Source of the DNA: Alphaproteobacteria bacterium
Lineage (GTDB): Bacteria; Pseudomonadota; Alphaproteobacteria; RF32; CAG-239
DNA: 64,000 nucleotides
NCBI GenBank assembly: GCA_045593845.1
Contig: JAZNXK010000004.1
Coordinates: 78,296 to 142,295 of the forward strand
Reading direction: 5' to 3'
Made by a program: the position numbers and the translations under genes. The notes under the pieces were generated by a model. That model saw nothing but the letters and a program-made list of their open reading frames with translations, did not search any database and had not been told where the DNA came from. Positions 1 through 9,905 of the stretch are shown in pieces. Every line of letters begins with the position of its first letter. Positions within the stretch are counted from its first letter, which is position 1.

Positions 1-1
1 T

Positions 2-886
2 CTCGAGATTATGGATGCAACCGAGTTTTTCCATAATTCCGGATTTGGCATATATGACAGCAAAGTCGAACAAGGCGAACATGTCAGAGCTATTGTAGTT
101 AAATCGATTGCCGACAAACCGCGCTCATTCTTTGATAAGCTCGATGCTTATGCCAAAGAAGAAGGCATGGGCGGCATGGCCTATATTGCACTTTCTGCAA
201 ACGGAGCAAAAGGAATTGCCAAATTATTCAGCGAAGAAAAATTGGCTCAAGCTAAAGAATTTTTCGGCCTTAATGAAGGTGATGCGGTATTATTGATGGT
301 CGGCGAAGTTGATAAATTGAACAAATTTGCCGGTCAAACCAGAACCAAATTGGGCATGGAACTTGATTTGATTGAAAAAAATGCTTTCCGCTTCTGCTGG
401 ATTGTAGATTTTCCGATGTTTGAAAAGAACGAAGAAACCGGCGCAATAGAGTTCTCGCACAACCCGTTCTCCATGCCACAAGGTGGAATGGACGCGCTTC
501 TCAACAAAAATCCTTTGGACATTTTGGCGTATCAATACGATATTGTCTGCAACGGAATAGAGCTTTCTTCCGGCGCAGTTCGCAATCACGAACCGGAGAT
601 TATGTATAAGGCCTTTGAAATTGCCGGCTATGACCATTCAGTCGTTGACAACAAATTCGGCGGCATGATTAGTGCATTCAAATACGGTGCTCCTCCGCAC
701 GCAGGTTGTGCTCCGGGGGTTGACCGCACAGTTATGCTTTTGGCTGACGAACCGAATATCAGAGAGGTTATCCTATTCCCGTTGAACGGTAAAGCTCAAG
801 ACCTCATGATGCAGGCTCCGAACTATGTTACCGACGAGCAACTCAACGAATTGCACATAAAAATTGTCGAAGACGAGAAAAAATAA
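2..886 (+). CDS. aspS: aspartate--tRNA ligase, C-terminal ~295 aa (5' end lies outside the window)
   Basis: Class II aaRS motifs are visible (FPMFE..FSHNPFSMP, GIELSSGAVRNH, GAPPHAGCAPGVDR). The ORF is open to the window edge. Confidence 0.93.
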   Translation, partial: LEIMDATEFFHNSGFGIYDSKVEQGEHVRAIVVKSIADKPRSFFDKLDAYAKEEGMGGMAYIALSANGAKGIAKLFSEEKLAQAKEFFGLNEGDAVLLMVGEVDKLNKFAGQTRTKLGMELDLIEKNAFRFCWIVDFPMFEKNEETGAIEFSHNPFSMPQGGMDALLNKNPLDILAYQYDIVCNGIELSSGAVRNHEPEIMYKAFEIAGYDHSVVDNKFGGMISAFKYGAPPHAGCAPGVDRTVMLLADEPNIREVILFPLNGKAQDLMMQAPNYVTDEQLNELHIKIVEDEKK

Positions 887-892
887 GGAAAT

Positions 893-921
893 AGGCGGTT
901 TATCATAACCGCCTTTTTTTA
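893..921 (+). terminator. intrinsic terminator after aspS
   Basis: Hairpin aggcggtt/aaccgcct followed by a T7 run. Confidence 0.7.
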
Positions 922-1014
922 TTATCCATAAACAGTGGACAAAATAACAAATATATGCTAGCATAAACTTATGTTTGGCAACAATTACCGGCCACACACA
1001 AGGAAGAAAAAACG

Positions 1015-2184
1015 ATGATTACCGATAAAAACCTAAATCGCAGATTAAATCAAGGACACACCCTAAAAGTTGTCACAACCGACGTAAAAAGGGTTATAAT
1101 TTCTCTTCCCCAAGGCATTAAAGGCACAGATATCAAATATACAAAGTGGAACGGCTCCCCTGCCCGAGGCAACGGCTTTCTTTTTCACAACGAAACAGAC
1201 AAACGAACCCAATTTATAGCCGCAGAAGGCGGAATTTTCATAGGTCATGAAGGAGAATGCCCCGAAGGTCCGAACGGCTCAATGATTATGCGCTCCGAAG
1301 CCGTAAAAAGATATTTAGCAGCTCACCCCGATGCCTTACAACCGAAAAATTTGGCAGAAACCATAAAATATATGCAAACAAAAGTTTTCAAACATGATTT
1401 AGAAGATTTGAGCAAATGGAACAATAACTGTCCGCCGGATATTTGGTCATCAGACGCAAAATGGCTGGAAAAAAGCTTTTACCCCAAAGATATATATGAC
1501 ACAAGCGGCAAAATTCTTCCGGTTATTTCCGCCTCAAAAAGAGAGGATATAGAAGCCGACGCCATCTATTTGGGGCCAAACACTCTGGTCGAAGGAAAAG
1601 GTAAAACCGGTGCAAGAGGTTCTTGGGCTGTCAGAAAAAACGACGGCACCACCAATTTATGCGTGGATGAAGTTTTTGTAAAAACCTACAAACATGCCAA
1701 CAAAACCGGACCGTCGCAAAGAATTTTTTCTAAAGCAGATAAGGAATATGCCAAATATTCACAAGAGCCGGATGCCTCACAAATATCAAATTCAGAGAGA
1801 AACAATATAGAAAATCTGCGAACCGCTTGTGCAGAACTAAAAACCCCCGCATATAGAGTTATCGGCTCGGCCTTGTGCGATTATCTCGAAAATATGAAAG
1901 GGAAAAAAATCAGAGTTCAATTGGAAATCAAGAGTTTAATTGCTTTGGACGGCAACGAGTTGTCCTCGATAAGCGAAAACCCGAAATCAAAGCCCCTCCA
2001 ACCGCTTCTTGAACAAAACATCATCAATGAAAAAGGCGGAATCATAAAACCGGAAGAATTTGCAAATTCCGAACTTGTCAAAAACTACAAGGGCAAAGGC
2101 ATTGACTTAAGTCAAACCGAGACCATAAAATCAATCTCACAAAAACAAGCAAATATACAAACCCCAACCGCCCAAAGAAGCTGA
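1015..2184 (+). CDS. hypothetical hydrophilic protein (389 aa)
   Basis: Long ORF with AAGGAAG upstream of the ATG. No motif recognised. Confidence 0.6.
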   Translation: MITDKNLNRRLNQGHTLKVVTTDVKRVIISLPQGIKGTDIKYTKWNGSPARGNGFLFHNETDKRTQFIAAEGGIFIGHEGECPEGPNGSMIMRSEAVKRYLAAHPDALQPKNLAETIKYMQTKVFKHDLEDLSKWNNNCPPDIWSSDAKWLEKSFYPKDIYDTSGKILPVISASKREDIEADAIYLGPNTLVEGKGKTGARGSWAVRKNDGTTNLCVDEVFVKTYKHANKTGPSQRIFSKADKEYAKYSQEPDASQISNSERNNIENLRTACAELKTPAYRVIGSALCDYLENMKGKKIRVQLEIKSLIALDGNELSSISENPKSKPLQPLLEQNIINEKGGIIKPEEFANSELVKNYKGKGIDLSQTETIKSISQKQANIQTPTAQRS

Positions 2185-2239
2185 ATAAACACTAAAAAAG
2201 AGGCAGAACTAAAAGTTCCGCCTCTTATAATTATTCCCG

Positions 2240-2584
2240 CTACCGAATGAAGCCCGGAACGGAAAGGATAAATCCCTTCTCGTCACGGACACAGTCTTTG
2301 TGTCCGGTGGCAGGAGCCACAACGTCGCTCCTTCCTTCCGCTTGTGCTCTTCCGAGCACCATGGCAGAGACAATATAAATTGTCCCTTCCTCAGGTGCGG
2401 AAAGCCCCGTCACCGCTCCGAATGACTGAACAGCAATGCTGTTCTCATCAAATTCGGAGATGCTCTGGCTCACGCGGGCGATAGTGCCGGATGGCTCAAA
2501 AACCCTACCGTCATTAAGACGGATGGGGTGCGGCGTGCAGTTCACGAAAGTGACGTTGTTGTTGCTATTTTTGCTTGTTGTCAT
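2240..2584 (-). CDS. conserved hypothetical protein (114 aa from internal ATG MTTSKNS..)
   Basis: ORF 2240..2689. The start at 2584 was chosen because the upstream part looks non-coding. Family not recognised. Confidence 0.5.
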   Translation of the reverse strand: MTTSKNSNNNVTFVNCTPHPIRLNDGRVFEPSGTIARVSQSISEFDENSIAVQSFGAVTGLSAPEEGTIYIVSAMVLGRAQAEGRSDVVAPATGHKDCVRDEKGFILSVPGFIR

Positions 2585-3194
2585 AACTAAAAGTTTTTGA
2601 CAACTTGAAAAATTTCCGACATCGCGACACAAATACCTACTAAATATCAACTTTTTATACTTCTGAAATAAATTTTCGCTGGGTTTCAAAATACCTCAAA
2701 TGCCTGGCATCGAGGCGGACTATTTGCAACATGTCCAACGATAAAAATCGCCGCAAGGTTAATTCCTCGCTCTCCAAACTACTCTCTTTATTTCTCCATA
2801 TAAATCGCTGATATCTTTCGATATTCAGTAGCTTATTCTTCCATTTTTCAAGGCTCATTTGTAAAGTAGCATAAAGTTTTACAAACGAGATGAAACATAA
2901 TTACCGCCAGAAGAAAACTTCTGTATGCTCGCGGGGCTATAATCCTTGTTTTAATGGAAATTAGTTTGAGATGCCACCCTCAAACCACAATAAAACATAT
3001 AGCCCGCTCGCGCGGTAGAGATAATAATAGTCTCTCTAATATGTTTAGACTTTCAATATACCACATTTTTAACCCTGATTCAACAAAAATCACCACTCAA
3101 CAATAAAAAATCGCCAAAAAATCATATTTTAATTGACAAAAAAATATATATATTATAGATTGGCACCAAGAAACTTATTATTCACCAAATTTTT

Positions 3195-3587
3195 ATGCAT
3201 ATGAAAGCTAAAACTGTTTTTCTGTTGAGCATGATTTGCGCTACCGTTGCAACAGCAATATGCGTAGCAAGTTTTTGCGTTTTGTGGCTTGGAAATGAAG
3301 TGGATGAGCCTCTGCACTCACTCACATCCGTTCTATCCATCGCCTTAACCCTTGCTCCCCTCGTTTTGGGAATTATTTTTTCTGGCGCCACAACCACCGG
3401 AAAAAGCGCAAAAGCAACACTTATCCCCATGGCCGCAGTGGCACTTACCGGAAACATTTTGGGATTAATTCTCTTGGAGTGCACGGGGTTGCCAAAGCCG
3501 TTTTTCACCGGCATGTATGGATTTTTAGCCCTTCTGAACGGCGCGCTACTTTGCATTTCGGAAGCATACATCGGCAGATTTCGCTAA
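3195..3587 (+). CDS. small integral membrane protein (about 4 TM)
   Basis: Hydrophobic segments throughout, followed by a plus-strand terminator. Preferred over the antisense ORF 3182..3571. Confidence 0.6.
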   Translation: MHMKAKTVFLLSMICATVATAICVASFCVLWLGNEVDEPLHSLTSVLSIALTLAPLVLGIIFSGATTTGKSAKATLIPMAAVALTGNILGLILLECTGLPKPFFTGMYGFLALLNGALLCISEAYIGRFR

Positions 3588-3602
3588 ACCGCGACAAAAA
3601 AA

Positions 3603-3634
3603 CTCCCTTGCAACATCATGCAAGGGAGTTTTTA
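3603..3634 (+). terminator. intrinsic terminator
   Basis: Hairpin ctcccttgca/tgcaagggag followed by a T-run. Confidence 0.7.
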
Positions 3635-3804
3635 TTTTAGGCTGCGCTGAGTGTACAATCTTCGAACTTTTAGAGCAACATAGCAAAGAAGTGGTAGCGG
3701 TTGAGGAACAGATACGATATGTGAGAGAAATACTCATAAAAAATACCCCACCGAAAAGATGAGGCATTAATTATAGGAAAGTAAACAATCAAATAAGTTA
3801 CCAA

Positions 3805-4944
3805 TTAAACTCTTTGTCTTATAAAAACAGATTTTAAATTATCCCTTTTTTCTTGTTCTGCTTTCTTAAATGATTTATCGGTATATTCACGTATATAATG
3901 TAAATGCGTTCCAAAAAAAGATTTTCCTTTTTGCTCTACGGTAGGCAATTTGAGGTCACTTTGACGAACTTCTACGCTACTTAATATATCTACAGGTTCT
4001 GAACCAACTAATGTTTTTCTACCATCAAGATGAATTTCTAACTTCCCTGTCGCCATATGAAAATTTATTTTTTTATCTTTACCATATGATACCGATACTA
4101 AATCATTAACTATTTTATTCCATAAGTCTTTATCAGGATCACTTCTATGACGTACACGCGTCATACGAGGGCTTTTTTCTTGCCATAAAAGTTCGCCTTT
4201 ATCAATATCTATGACAGACCCTCTTATTCCCCACCACCATTCTATACCATTATTTTGAACATCAATAGGATGGTTAACGTATTGATCATGTTCAAATACC
4301 TCTCCCAGTGCAACTTTGCCACTTTCTAAAACCACAACCTGTTTCATTTTAGGAATAAAATCACTTTGTTTGGAAATCAATCCACAATTTCCGTCTTGTC
4401 CTGTTATACGAGATTCAAATTCCGGTTTAACAGCAATACACTGGCACAAGCTTTCTAATACTTCGGTAGCTTTTTTCATATCGTTACAATCTAATAAAAA
4501 TTTCAATTTATTTTTTAAGGCTTGTGCATTTGGGTGTTTTTGATAAAAGTCACTAAAGTGCTCTATTTTTGCAACATTCTCATGTTCATCATAAAAACGA
4601 GTTCCATTACTTGTTATTTTTAATTTAAGCTTACCATTTTCGGCCCATTCTACATAATTTCCATCTTCATCAATAGTGGAATGCTTCGCCCCGCTACTAT
4701 AATAGCTATAATTTGGTGATTCTTGCTTATCTTCGGTATGACTATTTATTTCATTATGTTTATCAAGTATCTGTTGCAAGATAGATTTCATATTGTCATC
4801 ACTTCTAATTTCTGTGAAGAGGTTTTGCTTGTCTTCATTACTCAACGATTTGCAAACAGTACGTATTTCTTCAAATTTTTTATCGCTGTCGCTCAGAGCT
4901 ATAGATTTTACTCTATCTAAAATTTTATCATGTGTGTCGCTCAT
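3805..4944 (-). CDS. hypothetical protein (379 aa)
   Basis: Long ORF with GGAGAA before the ATG. No family recognised. Confidence 0.6.
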   Translation of the reverse strand: MSDTHDKILDRVKSIALSDSDKKFEEIRTVCKSLSNEDKQNLFTEIRSDDNMKSILQQILDKHNEINSHTEDKQESPNYSYYSSGAKHSTIDEDGNYVEWAENGKLKLKITSNGTRFYDEHENVAKIEHFSDFYQKHPNAQALKNKLKFLLDCNDMKKATEVLESLCQCIAVKPEFESRITGQDGNCGLISKQSDFIPKMKQVVVLESGKVALGEVFEHDQYVNHPIDVQNNGIEWWWGIRGSVIDIDKGELLWQEKSPRMTRVRHRSDPDKDLWNKIVNDLVSVSYGKDKKINFHMATGKLEIHLDGRKTLVGSEPVDILSSVEVRQSDLKLPTVEQKGKSFFGTHLHYIREYTDKSFKKAEQEKRDNLKSVFIRQRV

Positions 4945-5240
4945 CTCAATTCTCCTTACCTAAGTTTATCTAAAACAAAGTACCACTTCTTATAATTCCA
5001 TTTTACCCCCACCCCAATTTTTTTGTCAAGCATTTTCCTCTAAAAGATGAAGTTTTTTTATTTGATACAAAAAAGGGGTCTCGACGTGTTGTGAGAACCC
5101 TGTTCAACTTGGCTGCTTCACCTGGATGCATCGGGCATAAAGCCCGATAATCTAACCACTTCGCCACCACGCCATTCGGCGTGCGGCTCGTGATGCGATT
5201 CCGAACATTTGGTTCAAACCCAATGATAAAATAGCCAATA

Positions 5241-5262
5241 AAAAAAGCACCGCAAGGGTGCT
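5241..5262 (-). terminator. intrinsic terminator downstream of tRNA-Gln
   Basis: On the minus strand, hairpin agcacc/ggtgct is followed by a T7 run. Confidence 0.7.
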
Positions 5263-5270
5263 GTTTTTAT

Positions 5271-5344
5271 TGGCTGCTTCACCTGGATTCGAACCAAGAT
5301 TAACGGAGTCAGAGTCCGCTGTCCTACCATTAGACGATGAAGCA
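5271..5344 (-). tRNA. tRNA-Gln (anticodon CUG)
   Basis: Manual cloverleaf: acceptor TGCTTCA/TGAAGCA with U1-A72, T-arm CCTGG-TTCGAAT-CCAGG, anticodon loop CTCTGAC, encoded CCA end. Confidence 0.85.
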
Positions 5345-5417
5345 TTCGCCTTAACAAAAGCTCTTTTATGTCAGAATTCTTTCCTTGTCAATAAGATTTT
5401 GCAAAAGAACTTTCTGA

Positions 5418-6140
5418 CTACTTTTTATTGTGCTTCACAAAATATGTGCCATACACACAATAAAAATACCATTTCAGATAATGGCGCAGCCATTTAAACA
5501 GGTGAAAATTGGACACCCTACCCTCATCTTCCTGCCACTGTGACGGAACTTCGGTTATTTTATAGCCGTTAACCCAAGCCTTGGTCAAAATCTCCAACCC
5601 AATCTCAAATCCGCCGTTGCTCTCAATTTTGATATTCTTTATCAGTTTATCCGAATACATCTTAAAGCTGTTGGTGCAATCATGTGTCGGAATTCTCGTC
5701 AAAAGATTTAGCGACAAACCTGCCATTCTCGATAAAAAGCTCTTAAACTTCGGAGCCCCGACCTGACTGCCGCCCTTAACATAGCGCGAACCACAAACAA
5801 CATCATAACCTTCTTTAGCTTTGGCATACATTGTATCGACAACTTCCAAATTGTCGCTCAAATCGGCCATCATAATCAGTTTATATTCGGCGTTTGTATC
5901 TTGCAGACCGGTCAAAATCGCATTCAGTGCCCCACGTCCGTATTTATTTTTCATCAGTTCAATCGCATAAGGATACTCTCCGCTGGCAATACAATCTCTA
6001 ACCACCGGCAAAGTATTATCCTCGTCCTTGTCATATACGATATGCACCGTCATATCAACATGGACACAGCGCTTAATCTCATCCAAGGTGGCTTTGATAT
6101 ATTCTGCTTCGTTATAGACCGGAATAATTATATCAAGCAT
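5418..6140 (-). CDS. family 2 glycosyltransferase (polyprenyl-phosphate sugar synthase-like, Dpm1/ArnC/RgtE type)
   Basis: N-terminal IIIPVYNEAEYI motif, DxD-type region, and a C-terminal hydrophobic tail. Confidence 0.8.
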   Translation of the reverse strand: MLDIIIPVYNEAEYIKATLDEIKRCVHVDMTVHIVYDKDEDNTLPVVRDCIASGEYPYAIELMKNKYGRGALNAILTGLQDTNAEYKLIMMADLSDNLEVVDTMYAKAKEGYDVVCGSRYVKGGSQVGAPKFKSFLSRMAGLSLNLLTRIPTHDCTNSFKMYSDKLIKNIKIESNGGFEIGLEILTKAWVNGYKITEVPSQWQEDEGRVSNFHLFKWLRHYLKWYFYCVYGTYFVKHNKK

Positions 6141-7159
6141 TATATGTTCCCCAACTTAATTTGATCCGTAACCCAAGGAATAACCTCGTCCAAAATTGCA
6201 GACAAATCCGTATTTGCCTCAAACCCGAGCAAATCTTTCGCCTTTTGCACTGACGGAACGCGCTTTTGAACATCATAAGCAAATGCCGGATCAGAAACAA
6301 ATGACAACGGCTTATCACCATTAATCTTTTGCCAAATCAAAGTAGCCAATTCCTTAACAGTTGTCGAAACCGGCGTTGAGAGGTTAAAGTCCTCATTTAC
6401 GGCTTTCTCACTCTCAATACACATTCTTATACCTCTGGCCAAATCACCGCCATAAGTATAGTGTCTGATTTGATTGCCCGAACCCAAAATATGTAAAGGA
6501 TCTTGACCTTTTACAACTTTTTGAATCAAATCCGGAACCACGTGGCTCATTGCCAATTTTACATTACCGGACATAATTTCTTTTTCGTTCTTGGCTCTGC
6601 GTTCACCGACACCAACACAGTTAAACGGACGAATAACTGTATATGGCAACTTATACTGCTCCCAACCGCCTTGCGCAAAATACTCTGTTGCCAATTTTTG
6701 AAAACCATAAGTTGAAAGCGGAGGCGGACAGCTCTTTTGGTCTCCCTCCTCGCTGGGATAATGAGAAACAGCCTCATAAACCATAGAAGATGATAAAACA
6801 TTTATCTTTTGCAGATGTTTGTTTTGATGTGCCCAAATTGCCGCATCAAAAGTAGAAGCCGTAATCCTCTCGTTTTCGGCCAACAAATCATAAGCATAAG
6901 TATGAAAATATGTAATACCGCCGATCATGGCCGCAATCGCAACAACTTGGTCACAATCCTCAATCAGCTCTTTCATCAACTTGGTATCTTTTGCATCCCC
7001 TTTAACTAAGGTATAATTCGGGTGATGATCATAGCTTTTTTCCACAAAACCGTATTTACTGTAATTATCAATACCGATAACCTTATGTCCGCGGTTAAGC
7101 AGTTCTTCCACCAAATATCCGGCAATAAAACCTGCCGAACCCGTAACCAACAATTTCAT
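6140..7159 (-). CDS. NAD-dependent nucleotide-sugar epimerase/dehydratase (SDR family)
   Basis: N-terminal Rossmann motif VTGSAGFIAG and a YxxxK-type core. Confidence 0.85.
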   Translation of the reverse strand: MKLLVTGSAGFIAGYLVEELLNRGHKVIGIDNYSKYGFVEKSYDHHPNYTLVKGDAKDTKLMKELIEDCDQVVAIAAMIGGITYFHTYAYDLLAENERITASTFDAAIWAHQNKHLQKINVLSSSMVYEAVSHYPSEEGDQKSCPPPLSTYGFQKLATEYFAQGGWEQYKLPYTVIRPFNCVGVGERRAKNEKEIMSGNVKLAMSHVVPDLIQKVVKGQDPLHILGSGNQIRHYTYGGDLARGIRMCIESEKAVNEDFNLSTPVSTTVKELATLIWQKINGDKPLSFVSDPAFAYDVQKRVPSVQKAKDLLGFEANTDLSAILDEVIPWVTDQIKLGNI

Positions 7160-7160
7160 A

Positions 7161-8474
7161 TCAATTCTCCTTATTTATAATATTTATTGTTCCGATTGTA
7201 TCAATCTTTATATCTGGGTATTTATGCCAATTATCACAAACATTCCAAGCATCAAGAACCGTCTTTCCAGATAATGATGCATCATAAGGAAGTTGTGAAT
7301 AATATTCATGATTATTGAGCACCAACAACATTGATGAATTTTTGCATGCATCAAAAAGTCCATCTGCCAAATAACATTTTCCCAAGTTCAAAGCATGCAT
7401 ATCCTGCGGCAAGGCAACAAAATCGTGCAAATTAAGCTTATATCCCATTTCCGCCAACTTTTGTGCAATATAAACCGAAGACGAACCTCGCAAATCCGAC
7501 GTTGCCGGTCTTCCCTTAAATGCCATACCGCTCAACGTCAAAGTGTTATTCTGACTCGGCTTTCCGACTTTTCGCTTAACATAATCACAAACCGCATATT
7601 CAAGACTTTCATTTAATACTCTGGCAGAATATATAAAGTCCTTACTGCAGCATCCCGTCATATTATTCAGCAAAATATATGCATCTTTTTCCAAACAAGG
7701 ACCTGCAACAAAACCAGGTTTTGCAATATTTGAGCGCGGATAACGCATATTAGCGGTTTCAATCGCCTTAACTCCGTCAACTCCGAATTGTTGTGCCGCC
7801 AAACAAAAGGCATTTCCGAGAGCAAACGTAATATCCCTATATGTATTGCAATAGAGTTTTGCCAACTCTGCTTCTTCAATACATTCTGCCTCAACGACAT
7901 CGGGCGTAATTCTCAAAAACAAATCCTTAGCAATTTCAATACTTTCCGCATTGTTACCGGATATAATTTGTGGTAGAGTTGTCAACTCAACCAAAGCTTT
8001 CCCCTCAATGGTTCTCTCCGGACACATTCCGACCAAAATATCATCTTTTGGCTTGCCGCACATCGCTGACAATTGGGGCAAAACAATATTTCTTGTAGTT
8101 CCGACAGAAACCGTGCTTCGCAAAATTATCATCTGCGAGCCGTCATAAATACCCGTCAAAGATTTGAGAGCCGACAAAATATAATCAAAATTCGGTCTTT
8201 TGACATCATGTCCGATAAGCGGTGTTCCGACGGTTAAAATAAAGGCATCAAACTTAACATCCTTCGGAAAAGAATCAACCACATGAAAATTTTTATTATT
8301 ATGCTCCAAAATCAGATCATTGAGACCTTTTTCAAAAAAGTGCGCCCTATTATTTCTCAAAGCATTTTTTATAACCGGATTTATCTCCGAACCATAAACC
8401 CCTATTCCGCGACTTGCGGCAACAACACCCAATGTCAAACCGACATATCCGAGACCAATTATACCAACAATCAC
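7161..8474 (-). CDS. nucleotide-sugar dehydrogenase (UDP-glucose/GDP-mannose dehydrogenase family)
   Basis: N-terminal IIGLGYVGL Rossmann motif, ~437 aa, family-typical central GFVAGPCLxKD segment. Confidence 0.85.
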   Translation of the reverse strand: MIVGIIGLGYVGLTLGVVAASRGIGVYGSEINPVIKNALRNNRAHFFEKGLNDLILEHNNKNFHVVDSFPKDVKFDAFILTVGTPLIGHDVKRPNFDYILSALKSLTGIYDGSQMIILRSTVSVGTTRNIVLPQLSAMCGKPKDDILVGMCPERTIEGKALVELTTLPQIISGNNAESIEIAKDLFLRITPDVVEAECIEEAELAKLYCNTYRDITFALGNAFCLAAQQFGVDGVKAIETANMRYPRSNIAKPGFVAGPCLEKDAYILLNNMTGCCSKDFIYSARVLNESLEYAVCDYVKRKVGKPSQNNTLTLSGMAFKGRPATSDLRGSSSVYIAQKLAEMGYKLNLHDFVALPQDMHALNLGKCYLADGLFDACKNSSMLLVLNNHEYYSQLPYDASLSGKTVLDAWNVCDNWHKYPDIKIDTIGTINIINKEN

Positions 8475-9805
8475 TTTTCTTTTTCCTCATAAAATACCGA
8501 CAAATTAGCCTTCTCTACCCTCTCTATATGCTCCATTGCATCTTCCCTCGATGTAAAGTGAGGATACAAGAGAACTAACAACTGCTCATCAGTGGCCAAC
8601 TGATAATTTTTCAAAATCACAGACCTGAAAGACTTATCAAAATACCAATGGTCAACTTCATAAAAATATAAAGCACTCGTGCTCAAAGCATTATTAGCAA
8701 GAAAGAGAAAGCAGGCAAATAAAGCCATTTTACCTGTCTTTTGTTTCATTAAAAAATATCTTAATATCACCAAATTACCAATAACAATCAAAAGCGGAAA
8801 AGTCATATATCGCGATACCATAACCCCCCAGCCGCCACGTCCGACAGCAAGCACAGCTGCAAATCCCGCTCCGAAAATCATCAAACCCAAAGGAAAAATA
8901 TTTTCTTTAATCTGCTTATTTTTTAACAGCATTACAAACAACGTCAGAGATAAAATTATCTCTACCACGCCGAAAAACAACATCGGAATACCCAAATTAA
9001 AAAACGACAAAACACTTCCGATATTGGCTATCATAAAGATTATCACCTGAAAAACAGATGTAGCTCTGGCCATATCATGCTCGTAAACATGATGATACCC
9101 TATAAAATAAACAGCTATCGTCACAAGCATTACGGGCACAAGATAAAACCAAAATTTCTTATCAAATTTATGCTCCGCAATCTGATAAATTATTGCCAAA
9201 ATCACATAACAAGGCCAAATTATCAACCCGTGCAATGATGAAAAAGAAGCAATCACTCCAAAAAGCAATACGGAATACATATATTTTTTTGCGCCTGTCT
9301 TCACATACAAACTAAAAGCGGCCAACCCCATAACGGCACAAAATTCAATCAATATCCATGCCAGCTGAAAACTCCACAACACATTCTCATACTGACAACA
9401 ACTGAACAAACAAAAACCGATAATTAACACATATAAAACGTCATAATACTTAAAATCAGCGATTTTCTTTCCTGCTGTTTGACGAACAATAACACAATAT
9501 GCCACACACAGCAATAACGCGGAAATATAGACAATAACTTTTGTGTTCCAATGAGTTACAGCTCCGACAAGCAACATTATCACTCGTGGAATAACCATTC
9601 TGTGTTCATTTTGAAAAGCGGCAATCACTCCCCAATCTATCTTGCCGCTTGTCCTCATGCTTATATAATCCCAAATCGGCTCAAAATCATCCCAAAACAA
9701 TGTATTAACACTATATCCGCCAACCATCCACAGCAGAAATATTATCGGGAGTGCGACAAAAATTCGTTTTGTAAAATCAAGAGCTTTAGTTTTTAATGTT
9801 TCCAT
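8471..9805 (-). CDS. polytopic membrane protein, paralog 1 of 3 (possible GT-C-type glycosyltransferase)
   Basis: About 11-13 hydrophobic segments. Shares N-terminal and central blocks (NNEH..FPK, SFSSLHGL.IW.CY) with 9906..11228 and 11358..12689. Confidence 0.65.
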   Translation of the reverse strand: METLKTKALDFTKRIFVALPIIFLLWMVGGYSVNTLFWDDFEPIWDYISMRTSGKIDWGVIAAFQNEHRMVIPRVIMLLVGAVTHWNTKVIVYISALLLCVAYCVIVRQTAGKKIADFKYYDVLYVLIIGFCLFSCCQYENVLWSFQLAWILIEFCAVMGLAAFSLYVKTGAKKYMYSVLLFGVIASFSSLHGLIIWPCYVILAIIYQIAEHKFDKKFWFYLVPVMLVTIAVYFIGYHHVYEHDMARATSVFQVIIFMIANIGSVLSFFNLGIPMLFFGVVEIILSLTLFVMLLKNKQIKENIFPLGLMIFGAGFAAVLAVGRGGWGVMVSRYMTFPLLIVIGNLVILRYFLMKQKTGKMALFACFLFLANNALSTSALYFYEVDHWYFDKSFRSVILKNYQLATDEQLLVLLYPHFTSREDAMEHIERVEKANLSVFYEEKEK

Positions 9806-9905
9806 TTATTTACACCAATTATCCAACCATAATTGCTCTCATTTTAACCAAATTTAAACCTTTTTAAACAACAAAAAATTTTATACACAAAAATAATAAT
9901 AAACC

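Noticed and set aside
2655-2858. A 67-aa minus-strand ORF upstream of 2240..2584.
   Set aside because: It has no convincing RBS and a basic low-complexity product, and it overlaps the likely promoter/5' region of the downstream gene. It cannot be excluded, but it is not supportable.
3182-3571. A 129-aa minus-strand ORF.
   Set aside because: It mirrors the plus-strand membrane protein 3195..3587, which has clean TM segments and a plus-strand terminator, so the shadow frame was discarded.
5128-5230. A second tRNA, suppressor tRNA or two-piece tmRNA next to tRNA-Gln, suggested by a D-arm-like GGTGGCGAAGTGGTTAGA and the hairpin atcgggc/gcccgat with a TTA-containing loop.
   Set aside because: No T-arm (GTTCGA-type) could be found, and no acceptor stem pairs with the ..TGAAGCAGCCA end. 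The only tRNA-like part is the 19-bp duplicated 3' end. It is treated as a scar, and a tRNAscan-SE/ARAGORN run is still advisable.
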